Shown in pieces: positions 18,496 to 26,670 of a stretch of 53,495 nucleotides of DNA. The stretch lies in NCBI GenBank assembly GCA_964347455.1, contig CAYFYU010000012.1, positions 6,730-60,224 of the forward strand. Reading direction: 5' to 3'. The position numbers and the translations under genes were made by a program. Numbering within the stretch: position 1 is the first letter of the stretch; every line of letters begins with the position of its first letter. The notes beneath the pieces are model-generated. The model was not told where the DNA came from, made no database searches, and saw nothing but the letters and a program-made list of their open reading frames with translations. Source of the stretch: an uncultured Spirochaetota bacterium (GTDB taxonomy: Bacteria > Spirochaetota > B62-G9 > DRHN01).

Positions 18496-18918
18496 GTGAG
18501 GCACCGTTTCTTTCCTGCTTTTATTATCGTATCTCTCTCTATACTATTCATTACCCTTTCCTGTGCATCGAAGAAACCGGTGCTCTACAAGAATGGAGAG
18601 CCGCTTTCAATTACAGACTATGAAAAAATTGCGCAAAAAGAGTTTGACGAAGGGCGATACGGTAATGCTATTGAGGTTTATCAGGCGATAATCACTCATT
18701 ATCCGGAAAATGCAAAGGCACTCGCGTGGGCTCATTATGAAATCGGCTACTGCCATTATATGAAAGATGATTATGAACAGGCCAGAAAATATTTTAGAAT
18801 AGTTGTAAACGAGTATCGGGAGCCAGCTGCAACAAAGCTTGCCGAAAAGATGTTGGACAGAATTATTGAACTGGAAAATCAGAAGAGTGAGAAAAAGAAA
18901 AGGAAAAAACAAGAATAA
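18496..18918 (+). CDS. TPR-repeat lipoprotein (hypothetical)
   Basis: Track ORF is 18478..18918. GTG 18496 lies 6 nt after AAGGA. The signal peptide ends in the lipobox-like ITLSC. TPR-like repeats are present (GNAIEVYQAIITHYPEN, AHYEIGYCHYMKDDYEQARKYF). Confidence 0.6.
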   Translation: MRHRFFPAFIIVSLSILFITLSCASKKPVLYKNGEPLSITDYEKIAQKEFDEGRYGNAIEVYQAIITHYPENAKALAWAHYEIGYCHYMKDDYEQARKYFRIVVNEYREPAATKLAEKMLDRIIELENQKSEKKKRKKQE

Positions 18919-19597
18919 AACTCTCCTAAAAATAATTTTATTCTGCATCACTATCTGTATAATTCCTTTCTGTGTATTTCTTTTTATCAATTTTTCTATA
19001 CTGTTTGAACAGTACAGAACGTTCACCCGTGAAATGTTCTGGGCCTCTGCTGGCTTCATTTGTTTCATTTTTATCTTTTTTATATTTGGAGCACCTGTAA
19101 AGAGCTATGTGCTGGAACATGAATTATCCCATTTACTATTCGCCTTCCTCAGCGGAACAAAAATTAAAACTTTATCTCTGAAAAGAAGAGATGCATTTGT
19201 AGAAACAGAGAGAGTAAACTTGTTTATTGCTCTTGCACCTTACTCGGTGCCGCTCTATACAGTTTTGATTGTTTTGCTCCATAAAATAATCGTTGTATTT
19301 ACGGAATCCGCACTAATAAACAAACTATTTTATTTTTTATTTGGAATAACGTTGTCGTTTCACTTTGTTGCCACATTTCATTATTTACAGCTGGACCAGC
19401 CGGATGTAAAGCGATATGGATACTTCTCTTCGTTGATCTTAATCATTACCTGGGCGATTATCATTATTTCGATAATTTTCGCTCTCATGTTCAAAGATAT
19501 ACAGTTGCTGAAGTTTTATCGTTCATCCTTTAAGGAAGCGATAGGATTTTACAAAAGTTTTGGTATATTCTTAACGAATGTATTCACCAGATTGTAG
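18839..19597 (+). CDS. Polytopic membrane protein with an HExxH motif (putative zincin-type metallopeptidase); start uncertain
   Basis: 252-aa ORF with a TTG start that overlaps the previous gene by 80 nt. The next in-frame ATG is at 19034. It has several hydrophobic segments and the motif VLEHELSHLLF. Confidence 0.5.
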   Translation: MPKRCWTELLNWKIRRVRKRKGKNKNKTLLKIILFCITICIIPFCVFLFINFSILFEQYRTFTREMFWASAGFICFIFIFFIFGAPVKSYVLEHELSHLLFAFLSGTKIKTLSLKRRDAFVETERVNLFIALAPYSVPLYTVLIVLLHKIIVVFTESALINKLFYFLFGITLSFHFVATFHYLQLDQPDVKRYGYFSSLILIITWAIIIISIIFALMFKDIQLLKFYRSSFKEAIGFYKSFGIFLTNVFTRL

Positions 19598-19613
19598 TAG
19601 GGCTAAATTTCGC

Positions 19614-19642
19614 TTGACATTTACAGATTATCCATTTATTAT
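19614..19642 (+). promoter_or_regulatory. Sigma70 promoter candidate upstream of the hydrogenase cluster
   Basis: TTGACA (19614-19619), a 17-nt spacer, then TATTAT (19637-19642). Confidence 0.5.
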
Positions 19643-19647
19643 TTAAA

Positions 19648-19671
19648 AGATTGTTAATTTTTAAACAATCT
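19648..19671. promoter_or_regulatory. Inverted repeat AGATTGTT-N8-AACAATCT just downstream of the -10; candidate operator
   Basis: The 8-bp perfect arms at 19648-19655 and 19664-19671 are read directly. Confidence 0.35.
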
Positions 19672-19941
19672 ATTTATTTGTATAACAATAAATTAAATAT
19701 TGTCAGGCGATTTTCACTTGCTGCATTGTAGGGTGAGATTGGAGAGAAAACCCACCAATTATTCTACAAAATTATCACATCAAATAATATGTGGAGAAGG
19801 GGACAGTAGCCTCCTGTCAATTTTCAGAGGAGTAGATCCTTATCCATCGCCCTTTTTTTCTATTAACAGGATAGCAGTAACGCAGTTTTAAATGTCATAC
19901 AGTAAGTTATTGGGAAATGATACAACTTTAAGGAGGGAACC

Positions 19942-20826
19942 GTGTCGTCTAAAGTTTTTGAATTTCCAGTAGTTTATATAGCGGGATCTGCGTGCTCGGG
20001 ATGTTCTGTTTCACTTCTCAATGCCTTGAACCCCAGTATTCAGAATTTACTGCTTGATCCGATAGTTCCCGGGAAACATGTTTCCCTAAAATTTCATGCC
20101 ACAGTGATGGCTGGGCAGGGAGAGCCGGTTATTGAGGTATTAAGAGATATTTCAAAAGAAAAACCGAATGAATTTATTCTCCTCATTGATGGATCAATTC
20201 CTGCAGCCGAAGACGGCCTTTACTGCAGGCTGGGTGAGCTCGATGGAAAAGAGCTTACAATGAAGGATATGTCAGCTGACCTGGCTCGAAAGGCCACCAG
20301 TGTTATTGCAATCGGTACATGCGCTTCGTTCGGCGGCATCCCTTCTGGATATCCCAATCCTACTGGTGTAAAATCTGTTGCAGCTTTTCTGAGTGATGAG
20401 GGTATTGAGAAACCGGTAATCAACATTTCAGGCTGTCCACCACACCCAGACTGGATGATTGGTACGATAGCGGATGTCCTCATTAATGGACTTCCAACAG
20501 CGGACAAACTGGACGATGCTCTGAGACCGAAAACATTTTTTGGAGAGCTCATTCACGATAACTGTCCACGCCGCGGTTTTTTTGATTCGGGTCAATTTGC
20601 AAAAAAGACCTCTGACCCGGGTTGTCTCTATGAAATCGGATGCAAAGGTCCTGTAACCCATGCTGATTGCCCAACGAGGAAATGGAATAATGGGGTTAAC
20701 TGGTGTATTGGATCAGGAGCACAATGCATTGGATGTGTTGAACCCGATTTTCATGACATGCTTGCTCCAATGTTCGAGAAGCTCGATGAATCGGCTCTTG
20801 ACAGGTTCAAGATTCAGACTCGTTAA
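19942..20826 (+). CDS. [NiFe]-hydrogenase small subunit, no Tat signal (cytoplasmic)
   Basis: GTG start after AAGGAGGG. It has the proximal cluster motif GSACSGCSVSLLN. The C-terminal pattern HDNCPRRGFF...GCLYEIGCKGPVTHADCPTRKWNNGVNWCIGSGAQCIGCVEPDF indicates three Fe-S clusters. There is no RRxFxK leader and no C-terminal TM anchor. Confidence 0.9.
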   Translation: MSSKVFEFPVVYIAGSACSGCSVSLLNALNPSIQNLLLDPIVPGKHVSLKFHATVMAGQGEPVIEVLRDISKEKPNEFILLIDGSIPAAEDGLYCRLGELDGKELTMKDMSADLARKATSVIAIGTCASFGGIPSGYPNPTGVKSVAAFLSDEGIEKPVINISGCPPHPDWMIGTIADVLINGLPTADKLDDALRPKTFFGELIHDNCPRRGFFDSGQFAKKTSDPGCLYEIGCKGPVTHADCPTRKWNNGVNWCIGSGAQCIGCVEPDFHDMLAPMFEKLDESALDRFKIQTR

Positions 20827-20846
20827 AGAAAAGATGGAGGATTAGT

Positions 20847-22406
20847 ATGGCAACCAAAATATCTATCGATCCAATTACAAGGATTGAAGGACATATGAAA
20901 ATAGAAGCAACCGTGGATGGTGGAGTTGTTAAGGATGCACAATGTTCGGGTACTCTATTTCGCGGCATTGAAATAATTCTGCAGGGGAGAGACCCGAGAG
21001 ATGCACAGCGAATAGCGCAACGAGTGTGTGGAGTCTGTCCTGCGGTTCATGGAACAGCTGCTACTCTGAACCTCGACAGTGCATTTGGTATCGCAGATAA
21101 GGTACCTGACAACGGAAGGATAATCCGTAATCTTATTCTTGGTGCAAACTACCTGCAGTCCCATATTTTGCATTTTTATCATCTTACAGCACTTGATTAT
21201 GTTGATGTTACAGCAGTCAGTGATTATAGTGGGGACGATCCGGATATGAAGTCACTGAAGAATTTCATCCTGAGAGGTGAGCTTGCTCCATTCACACCCC
21301 GCTATGAGGGGGGTTACCGATTCGATAAGGAAACAAATCAAAAACTTGTGAAACACTACCTCACCGCACTTGAGATGAGGAGACTTGCCCATGAAATGCT
21401 TACCCTGTTCGGTGGGAAAATGCCTCATAATGCGAGTATCGTTCCTGGCGGAGTTACTGAACATCCGACGATAGATAAGATTACCGGTTTTCTCTGGAGA
21501 CTGAACAGAATACGGGATTTCATCAATGATGTTTATATTCCTGATGTTATAAAGGTTGCTCAGACTTACTCAGAGTATTTTGGCATTGGTTCCGGACCTG
21601 GTAATTTTCTCTCCTTTGGTGTGTTCGATCTTGACGGAAAGAGTAGCGATTATGCTAAGAGGGATCGATTGTTTGAACAGGGCGCCGCTGAGGGTTTGAG
21701 TACACTGCATCCTCTAAATACGGGTAACATTACCGAAAGTGTGAAGCACTCATGGTACGAAGATGATGCACCAAAACATCCACTGGAAGGGGAAACTAAA
21801 CCCAGTGCCCGGAAATCGGACGGCTACAGCTGGATACGATCTCCTCGATACGATGGGAAGGTTTATGAGGTTGGTCCACTTGCACGTTGGGCAGTTTCCT
21901 ATCTTGCCGGAAATAAAAGGGTGAAGACCGCACTTGAGAGCTGCATTGGTGATCTGAAGATTGAAAAAGAAGATTTGAACTCAGTGCTAGGCAGGCATGC
22001 TGCTCGAGCGCTTGATGCAAAGCTCGTTGCAGATGAAATGGCAGATTGGATACTTCAGATTAAGCCGGGGGAACCGGTATGTGCTGAATACGAGATTCCT
22101 GAAGTATCCGAAGGGATGGGAATAGTTGATGGACCGAGAGGAGCACTGGGGCACTGGATACGGATCAAAGACAGGAAAATCGAAAGATATCAGCTCGTTG
22201 TACCGACTACATGGAACGGTGGCCCCAAGGATGAAAGGGGTCAATATGGTCCGATGGAACAGGCACTGCTCGGAACAAAGGTGAAGGATCCAGAAAATCC
22301 TTATGAACTGGTTCGAATCATTCGGTCCTTTGATCCGTGTCTCGCCTGTTCAATCCATACGCTGAATTTAAAGGGAGACGGGATCGCTTCACTGCGGGTT
22401 GTATAG
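20847..22406 (+). CDS. [NiFe]-hydrogenase large subunit
   Basis: 519 aa. The N-terminal motifs are RIEGH and RVCGVCPAVHG. The C-terminal motif DPCLACSIH is followed by a 15-aa extension, which is the substrate for the endopeptidase. Confidence 0.95.
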   Translation: MATKISIDPITRIEGHMKIEATVDGGVVKDAQCSGTLFRGIEIILQGRDPRDAQRIAQRVCGVCPAVHGTAATLNLDSAFGIADKVPDNGRIIRNLILGANYLQSHILHFYHLTALDYVDVTAVSDYSGDDPDMKSLKNFILRGELAPFTPRYEGGYRFDKETNQKLVKHYLTALEMRRLAHEMLTLFGGKMPHNASIVPGGVTEHPTIDKITGFLWRLNRIRDFINDVYIPDVIKVAQTYSEYFGIGSGPGNFLSFGVFDLDGKSSDYAKRDRLFEQGAAEGLSTLHPLNTGNITESVKHSWYEDDAPKHPLEGETKPSARKSDGYSWIRSPRYDGKVYEVGPLARWAVSYLAGNKRVKTALESCIGDLKIEKEDLNSVLGRHAARALDAKLVADEMADWILQIKPGEPVCAEYEIPEVSEGMGIVDGPRGALGHWIRIKDRKIERYQLVVPTTWNGGPKDERGQYGPMEQALLGTKVKDPENPYELVRIIRSFDPCLACSIHTLNLKGDGIASLRVV

Positions 22407-22877
22407 ATGAAAAACAGGATAGCTATTATTGGAGTTGGAAATCAAATTATGGGTGATGAGGGTGCTGGGATTGAAACACTTCAGGTGCTTCGACAGATGG
22501 GTTGCCCCGAAGGGGTTGAACTCATTGACGCCGGCACTGCTTTTTTCAGTATAGTTTCAGATCTAAAAGATTTTGAGAAGCTGATCATTGTGGATGTCGT
22601 ACGAGGTGGAAAGCCCCCAGGTACTGTGTACCGGTTTGAAATGGAGGATGTAAAAAGGGGTGAACTTTTAATATCGCTTCATGATGTAGGGGTTATAGAT
22701 TCTCTGAAGATGGAAACTCTTGTCGGTAAAATTCCTGAAGAAATCGTATTCTTCGGAATTGAACCACAGAGGGTGGAGCTTTCCACCCAACTTTCAGAAC
22801 AGATAAAAAAACGAATAGGTTATCTCGCACAGAAAATTCTGAATGAGGTCTCAAGCTTCACTGGTCTAAATAGCTGA
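22407..22877 (+). CDS. Hydrogenase maturation endopeptidase (HybD/HyaD/HoxM family)
   Basis: 156 aa with IIGVGNQIMGDEGAGIE, IIVDVV and SLHDVG, the conserved metal-ligand pattern. It abuts the large-subunit stop codon. Confidence 0.85.
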   Translation: MKNRIAIIGVGNQIMGDEGAGIETLQVLRQMGCPEGVELIDAGTAFFSIVSDLKDFEKLIIVDVVRGGKPPGTVYRFEMEDVKRGELLISLHDVGVIDSLKMETLVGKIPEEIVFFGIEPQRVELSTQLSEQIKKRIGYLAQKILNEVSSFTGLNS

Positions 22878-23000
22878 CATAGTAAGGGGTGCATAAGTTC
22901 TTAATATTTTTATTTCGAAGTTAATAATAAGACACCTTCTATATTTACAGAGGGTACAAATAGATCACCAGAAACTGATTATGTGGGAGGAGGAAGCATA

Positions 23001-23714
23001 ATGGTAGTCAATGTTCCAAAACCGGATAAAGAGCTCTTTGACATGCTCGCTGAATATCGGAGTCTTTTCATTGTAGCCTGTGGGGGATGCCCCGTAGGTT
23101 GTGAGTCAGGCGGACATGAGCGTGCTGAGGAACTTTCCGACATGCTCGAAAAAAAAGGAAAAAAAGTAACGGGGTGTACTGAGATAGATTTTCTATGTAA
23201 CAAGGTGCTCGTAGGTAAAAAACTTCGTTATAAACTGGACAAGCTTAAAAAGGCTGAAACAATACTGGTGATTTCTTGCGGAATTGGCGTACAGGCGACT
23301 GGTGCCATAGTCGATATTCCTTCACTCCCGGCTAATGATACCCTCTCAAGCCAGGGAATGCAGGGATTATGGCCGTCCAATGAACGCTGTGCTGGTTGTG
23401 GGACCTGCTATCTGGCACTGACCGGTGGGATATGTCCCATTACCTCCTGCTCCAAGAGCCTGCTCAATGGTATGTGTGGTGGCCAGCATGACGGTCTCTG
23501 CGAAGTTGAAGAAAACAGGGATTGCGGGTGGTATCTTATTTTTGAACGACTAAGGGATCTAAAAAAGCTCGACAACTTGAAAAAGATACCAAAGCTGCGG
23601 GATTTTAGAAAACAGGATGTTTCAGATAAAGAGAGGAACACAACCCGATGGGCCCTTGAAAAAGAAACTGTATACGTTGCTCAAAAGACTACTCCAGACG
23701 AGGAGGGGGAATAA
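23001..23714 (+). CDS. metV: MetV-type Cys-rich protein (methylene-THF reductase C-terminal-domain family)
   Basis: Track ORF is 22983..23714. ATG 23001 follows GGGAGGAGGAA. Cys clusters are CGGCPVGCESGG and CAGCGTCYLALTGGICPITSCSKSLLNGMCGG...CEV...CGW. It lies 2 nt upstream of metF. Confidence 0.75.
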   Translation: MVVNVPKPDKELFDMLAEYRSLFIVACGGCPVGCESGGHERAEELSDMLEKKGKKVTGCTEIDFLCNKVLVGKKLRYKLDKLKKAETILVISCGIGVQATGAIVDIPSLPANDTLSSQGMQGLWPSNERCAGCGTCYLALTGGICPITSCSKSLLNGMCGGQHDGLCEVEENRDCGWYLIFERLRDLKKLDNLKKIPKLRDFRKQDVSDKERNTTRWALEKETVYVAQKTTPDEEGE

Positions 23715-23716
23715 AG

Positions 23717-24598
23717 ATGAGTAAATTGCAGGAGAGTCTAAAAAAGGGAAAGTTCACCATTACTGGTGAAGTAGGCCCCCCGAAAGGCATAGATCTGGAA
23801 CACTGCTGGAAGGAGGAAGTTGATTATATTCGTGATCGAGTTGTTGCGATCAATGTCACTGATAATCAGAGTGCTGTGATGAGGGTAAGCTCGCTGGGTA
23901 TCTGTGCTCTTCTGGCAAAAGAAGGATTGGAACCCATATTACAGATAACCTGCAGGGATAGAAACAGGCTTGCAATTCAGGCTGATGTCCTTGGAGCATA
24001 TGTTAACGGTATTCGAAATATTCTCTCAATTACCGGTGATCATACTACTGCTGGCGATCACCCGGAGAGCATACCCGTATACGACCTTGATTCTGTGAGT
24101 CTCCTTTTAGCGATGAACTGCCTTAAGAATGGAAAGGATCTTGCAGGCGAGGAGCTTGAGGGAGTTCCCTCTGATCTGTTTATAGGAGGCGTGGTCACTC
24201 CAGGTGCCGATCCTATTGAAATGCAGCTCATCAAGATGGAGAGGAAGATTGAATCAGGAGCGCAGTTTTTTCAGACGCAGGCTATCTATGATTCGAAAAC
24301 TTTCGAGTCCTTCATGCAAAAGGCATCGAAGTTCAAGGTACCAATTCTCTGCGGAATAGTAATCATTAAGTCGGCTGGTATGGCCAGATATATGAATAAT
24401 TTCGTTCCCGGTGTCTTTATTCCCGATGATATGATACAAACCCTATCAGCTGCACCGAAGGAAGAACGGGCTATGAAGAGTATTGAGATGATGACTGAGT
24501 TTATTAAAGAGATTACTCCAATGTGTCAGGGACTTCACATCATGGCTATGGGTTGGGAAAAATACGTTCCGATATTGCTCGATATGTGCGATCTTTGA
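23717..24598 (+). CDS. metF: Methylenetetrahydrofolate reductase, small MetF type
   Basis: 293 aa. TGEVGPPKG, AINVTDNQSAVMR, ITCRDRNRLAIQADVLGA and SITGDH match the MTHFR TIM-barrel family. Confidence 0.85.
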   Translation: MSKLQESLKKGKFTITGEVGPPKGIDLEHCWKEEVDYIRDRVVAINVTDNQSAVMRVSSLGICALLAKEGLEPILQITCRDRNRLAIQADVLGAYVNGIRNILSITGDHTTAGDHPESIPVYDLDSVSLLLAMNCLKNGKDLAGEELEGVPSDLFIGGVVTPGADPIEMQLIKMERKIESGAQFFQTQAIYDSKTFESFMQKASKFKVPILCGIVIIKSAGMARYMNNFVPGVFIPDDMIQTLSAAPKEERAMKSIEMMTEFIKEITPMCQGLHIMAMGWEKYVPILLDMCDL

Positions 24599-24619
24599 AA
24601 TAGATGTTCCAATACTTTT

Positions 24620-24693
24620 TCGGGCTAGTGAGATTTGAACTCACGACCTCACGGTCCCGAACCGTGCGCGCTACCAAACTGCGCTATAGCCCG
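24620..24693 (-). tRNA. tRNA-Pro (anticodon CGG)
   Basis: The reverse complement CGGGCTATAGCGCAGTTTGGTAGCGCGCACGGTTCGGGACCGTGAGGTCGTGAGTTCAAATCTCACTAGCCCGA folds as a 74-nt cloverleaf. The anticodon loop is TT-CGG-GA. Confidence 0.9.
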
Positions 24694-24734
24694 TCTCAAG
24701 ATTACCTGTTAGATTCTACCGTCTTATTATAAAA

Positions 24735-24767
24735 AGCTCACTATCGTAATAGTGAGCTTTTTTTTTC
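24735..24767. terminator. Bidirectional intrinsic terminator between tRNA-Asp and tRNA-Pro
   Basis: AGCTCACTAT (24735-24744), loop CGTA, ATAGTGAGCT (24749-24758). A5 precedes it and T9 follows, so each strand sees a U-tract. Confidence 0.7.
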
Positions 24768-24801
24768 TTTATGTTAAAAGTGCCCCTCTGTATATAGCCA
24801 T

Positions 24802-24876
24802 CGGGAGCGACGGGAATTGAACCCGCGATCTCCGGCTTGACAGGCCGGCGCGATAACCAGACTTCGCCACGCCCCC
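24802..24876 (-). tRNA. tRNA-Asp (anticodon GTC)
   Basis: The reverse complement GGGGGCGTGGCGAAGTCTGGTTATCGCGCCGGCCTGTCAAGCCGGAGATCGCGGGTTCAATTCCCGTCGCTCCCG folds as a 75-nt cloverleaf. The anticodon loop is CT-GTC-AA and the discriminator is G. Confidence 0.85.
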
Positions 24877-24893
24877 AATTAACAGCAGTCGGT

Positions 24894-24922
24894 AACATAC
24901 TGGATTAGAGATGGTTTGTCAA
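24894..24922 (-). promoter_or_regulatory. Sigma70 promoter candidate for tRNA-Asp
   Basis: On the minus strand: TTGACA (24917-24922), a 17-nt spacer, then TATGTT (24894-24899). Confidence 0.5.
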
Positions 24923-25005
24923 GATAATTTAAATACAGGATTAGTAACCCTTTAGGCCCACAAGGAGCACCTGTGGGCCTATAGTTCTTAGAGGTCGCTT
25001 AAGCT

Positions 25006-25515
25006 TTAAATGGGCAGGCTATTTGGATCAATTGCAAATGCTGAGGCATCAAAGGTAGTTCCATCTATCGTAATCCTACCACTCAAACTAATATCCTGAC
25101 CAATAACAATTGTCACGCGAAAATCGATCGATGATACATCGGCACCGGAAAAGCTCAAATTTCCAGACATTGTCATACTGATTTCACTTGTTGTCTCATC
25201 AATTGCAAAATCTGATATTGCAAAAAAGCCTGTAACAGTAATGTTTGACACAGGATCGGTATAATTGGTGAAGGTAATTGTAATTTGTGTGGGCGGTGTA
25301 GCTGGTTCAGGACAAAGTTCAGGATCGATTTCAATACCAGCCGGTAATGAACAAAGATCGTCAATGCCCCCAAATACAGGTCCCATTGCAGCACCAAATT
25401 TTGCAAGATCTTCGTTTGTTGGTTCTTCTAGACCCCCGTTGTCGCAGCTCAGGAACAATGCCAGTGTAATAATAATTACTCCCATAACAACTAACCATCT
25501 GGTTGTCTTCTTCAT
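25006..25515 (-). CDS. Hypothetical lipoprotein
   Basis: 169 aa. The signal peptide ends LALFLSC (lipobox). The mature part is Thr/Ser/Asp-rich and looks beta-rich. No family recognised. Confidence 0.6.
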   Translation of the reverse strand: MKKTTRWLVVMGVIIITLALFLSCDNGGLEEPTNEDLAKFGAAMGPVFGGIDDLCSLPAGIEIDPELCPEPATPPTQITITFTNYTDPVSNITVTGFFAISDFAIDETTSEISMTMSGNLSFSGADVSSIDFRVTIVIGQDISLSGRITIDGTTFDASAFAIDPNSLPI

Positions 25516-25834
25516 ACCTCAAAGTCTCCTTTCGCTCTAAGCATTTTAAGTAATTATCCTACAAGTTTTGGTGATTGTCAAAATATTTTGGAATTTGATT
25601 TCACTCCCTCGTATTATATGTATTGAGGACTCTTCAATCATAGTTAGTTCTTTAGCTCATCAAATTGAAAAAGTTAATTATTTATATATTTTTCATAAGT
25701 ATTACCAATGTAAATTATAAACCAAGAACCAATAAGCATTAAAATTAAAGCCCACTTTTACCGATGTAAAAGATGAGCAGTATAACGTTCCATAATGGGA
25801 CTGGTGTTTATAGAAATGAAAAAATCCCCAATAC

Positions 25835-26548
25835 ATGGAAATTGAAATGAATCTCAAGAAAGATAACGGTCAGTTTAGAAAATGGTATTTGTTTGTTCTA
25901 TTTCTTTTACTCATTCCTCTCCTCTTGTCATGTGCAACAACAGGAAGTATGTACAGAACTGAAGAAAAGAACAGCAGGGGCGTCTGGCACAGGGTTCAAG
26001 AAGGACAAACTCTATGGCGAATAGCGAAAACCTATCGTGTAACACTGGAAGAGATAAAAGAAGCCAATGATATAGTCGATGTAGTACACGTTGCAAAGGG
26101 GACATGGATCCTAATACCAAACGCCGATCGGATTCTCTATGTTCAAGGCAATGTGGATACTCTTCATGAAAAAGAAGCCGATCTTGGTTTCATGTGGCCA
26201 TTAAAGGGTGAAGTTGTTAATTCCTTTGGTAAGAAGGAGAATGATTTTTTATACGGAATTGATATTAAATCGACAAGAAATCAAGATGTGGTAGCAACTC
26301 TTGAAGGGAAAGTGGTACTGTCCGGTACGATAAGGGGGTATGGGACCACGATTATCATTGAGCACGAAAATAATTACTGCAGTCTCTATTCGAAGAACAT
26401 AAAAAGCCTGGTCAAAGAGGGACAGCTTGTTGAGAAGAACAGCGTAATCGCAAAAGCAGGAACGTCTACTTCAGTTACAGGCGATATTGTGCACTATGAG
26501 CTCTTCTTTAAGGGTAGACCGGTAAATCCACTCTATTATTTGCCTTAA
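25835..26548 (+). CDS. NlpD-like lipoprotein: LysM domain plus degenerate M23 (LytM) domain
   Basis: Lipobox LLLSC. The LysM domain reads HRVQEGQTLWRIAKTYRVTLEEIKEAN. The M23 fold reads GIDIKS...GYGTTIIIEH...HYELFFKGRPVNP. The expected Zn-ligand His of HxxxD is Tyr (LYGIDI), and the first His of HxH is lost (DIVHYE). Confidence 0.8.
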   Translation: MEIEMNLKKDNGQFRKWYLFVLFLLLIPLLLSCATTGSMYRTEEKNSRGVWHRVQEGQTLWRIAKTYRVTLEEIKEANDIVDVVHVAKGTWILIPNADRILYVQGNVDTLHEKEADLGFMWPLKGEVVNSFGKKENDFLYGIDIKSTRNQDVVATLEGKVVLSGTIRGYGTTIIIEHENNYCSLYSKNIKSLVKEGQLVEKNSVIAKAGTSTSVTGDIVHYELFFKGRPVNPLYYLP

Positions 26549-26670
26549 TCTGGACAAGTAAATATTTTTATAGTCTTGTATTCTGTCAGGCTTATGTGTG
26601 ATATACTATATCATAGTGACGCTCAGTTGAAATTTATGTCTTGAAATAGAGGGGTCAAATCACAGAGGAA

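Noticed and set aside
18607-19068. 153-aa minus-strand ORF
   Set aside because: It is antisense to the TPR lipoprotein and to the 5' end of the HExxH membrane protein. It has no supporting signals.
19700-19891. 63-aa ORF in the hydrogenase leader
   Set aside because: It has a non-ATG start, no SD and an odd composition. The region is better explained as untranslated leader.
24955-24979. Hairpin GGCCCACA...TGTGGGCC as the intrinsic terminator of the lipoprotein gene
   Set aside because: The stem is good, but no U-tract follows it on the minus strand. It may still be a processing or stability element.
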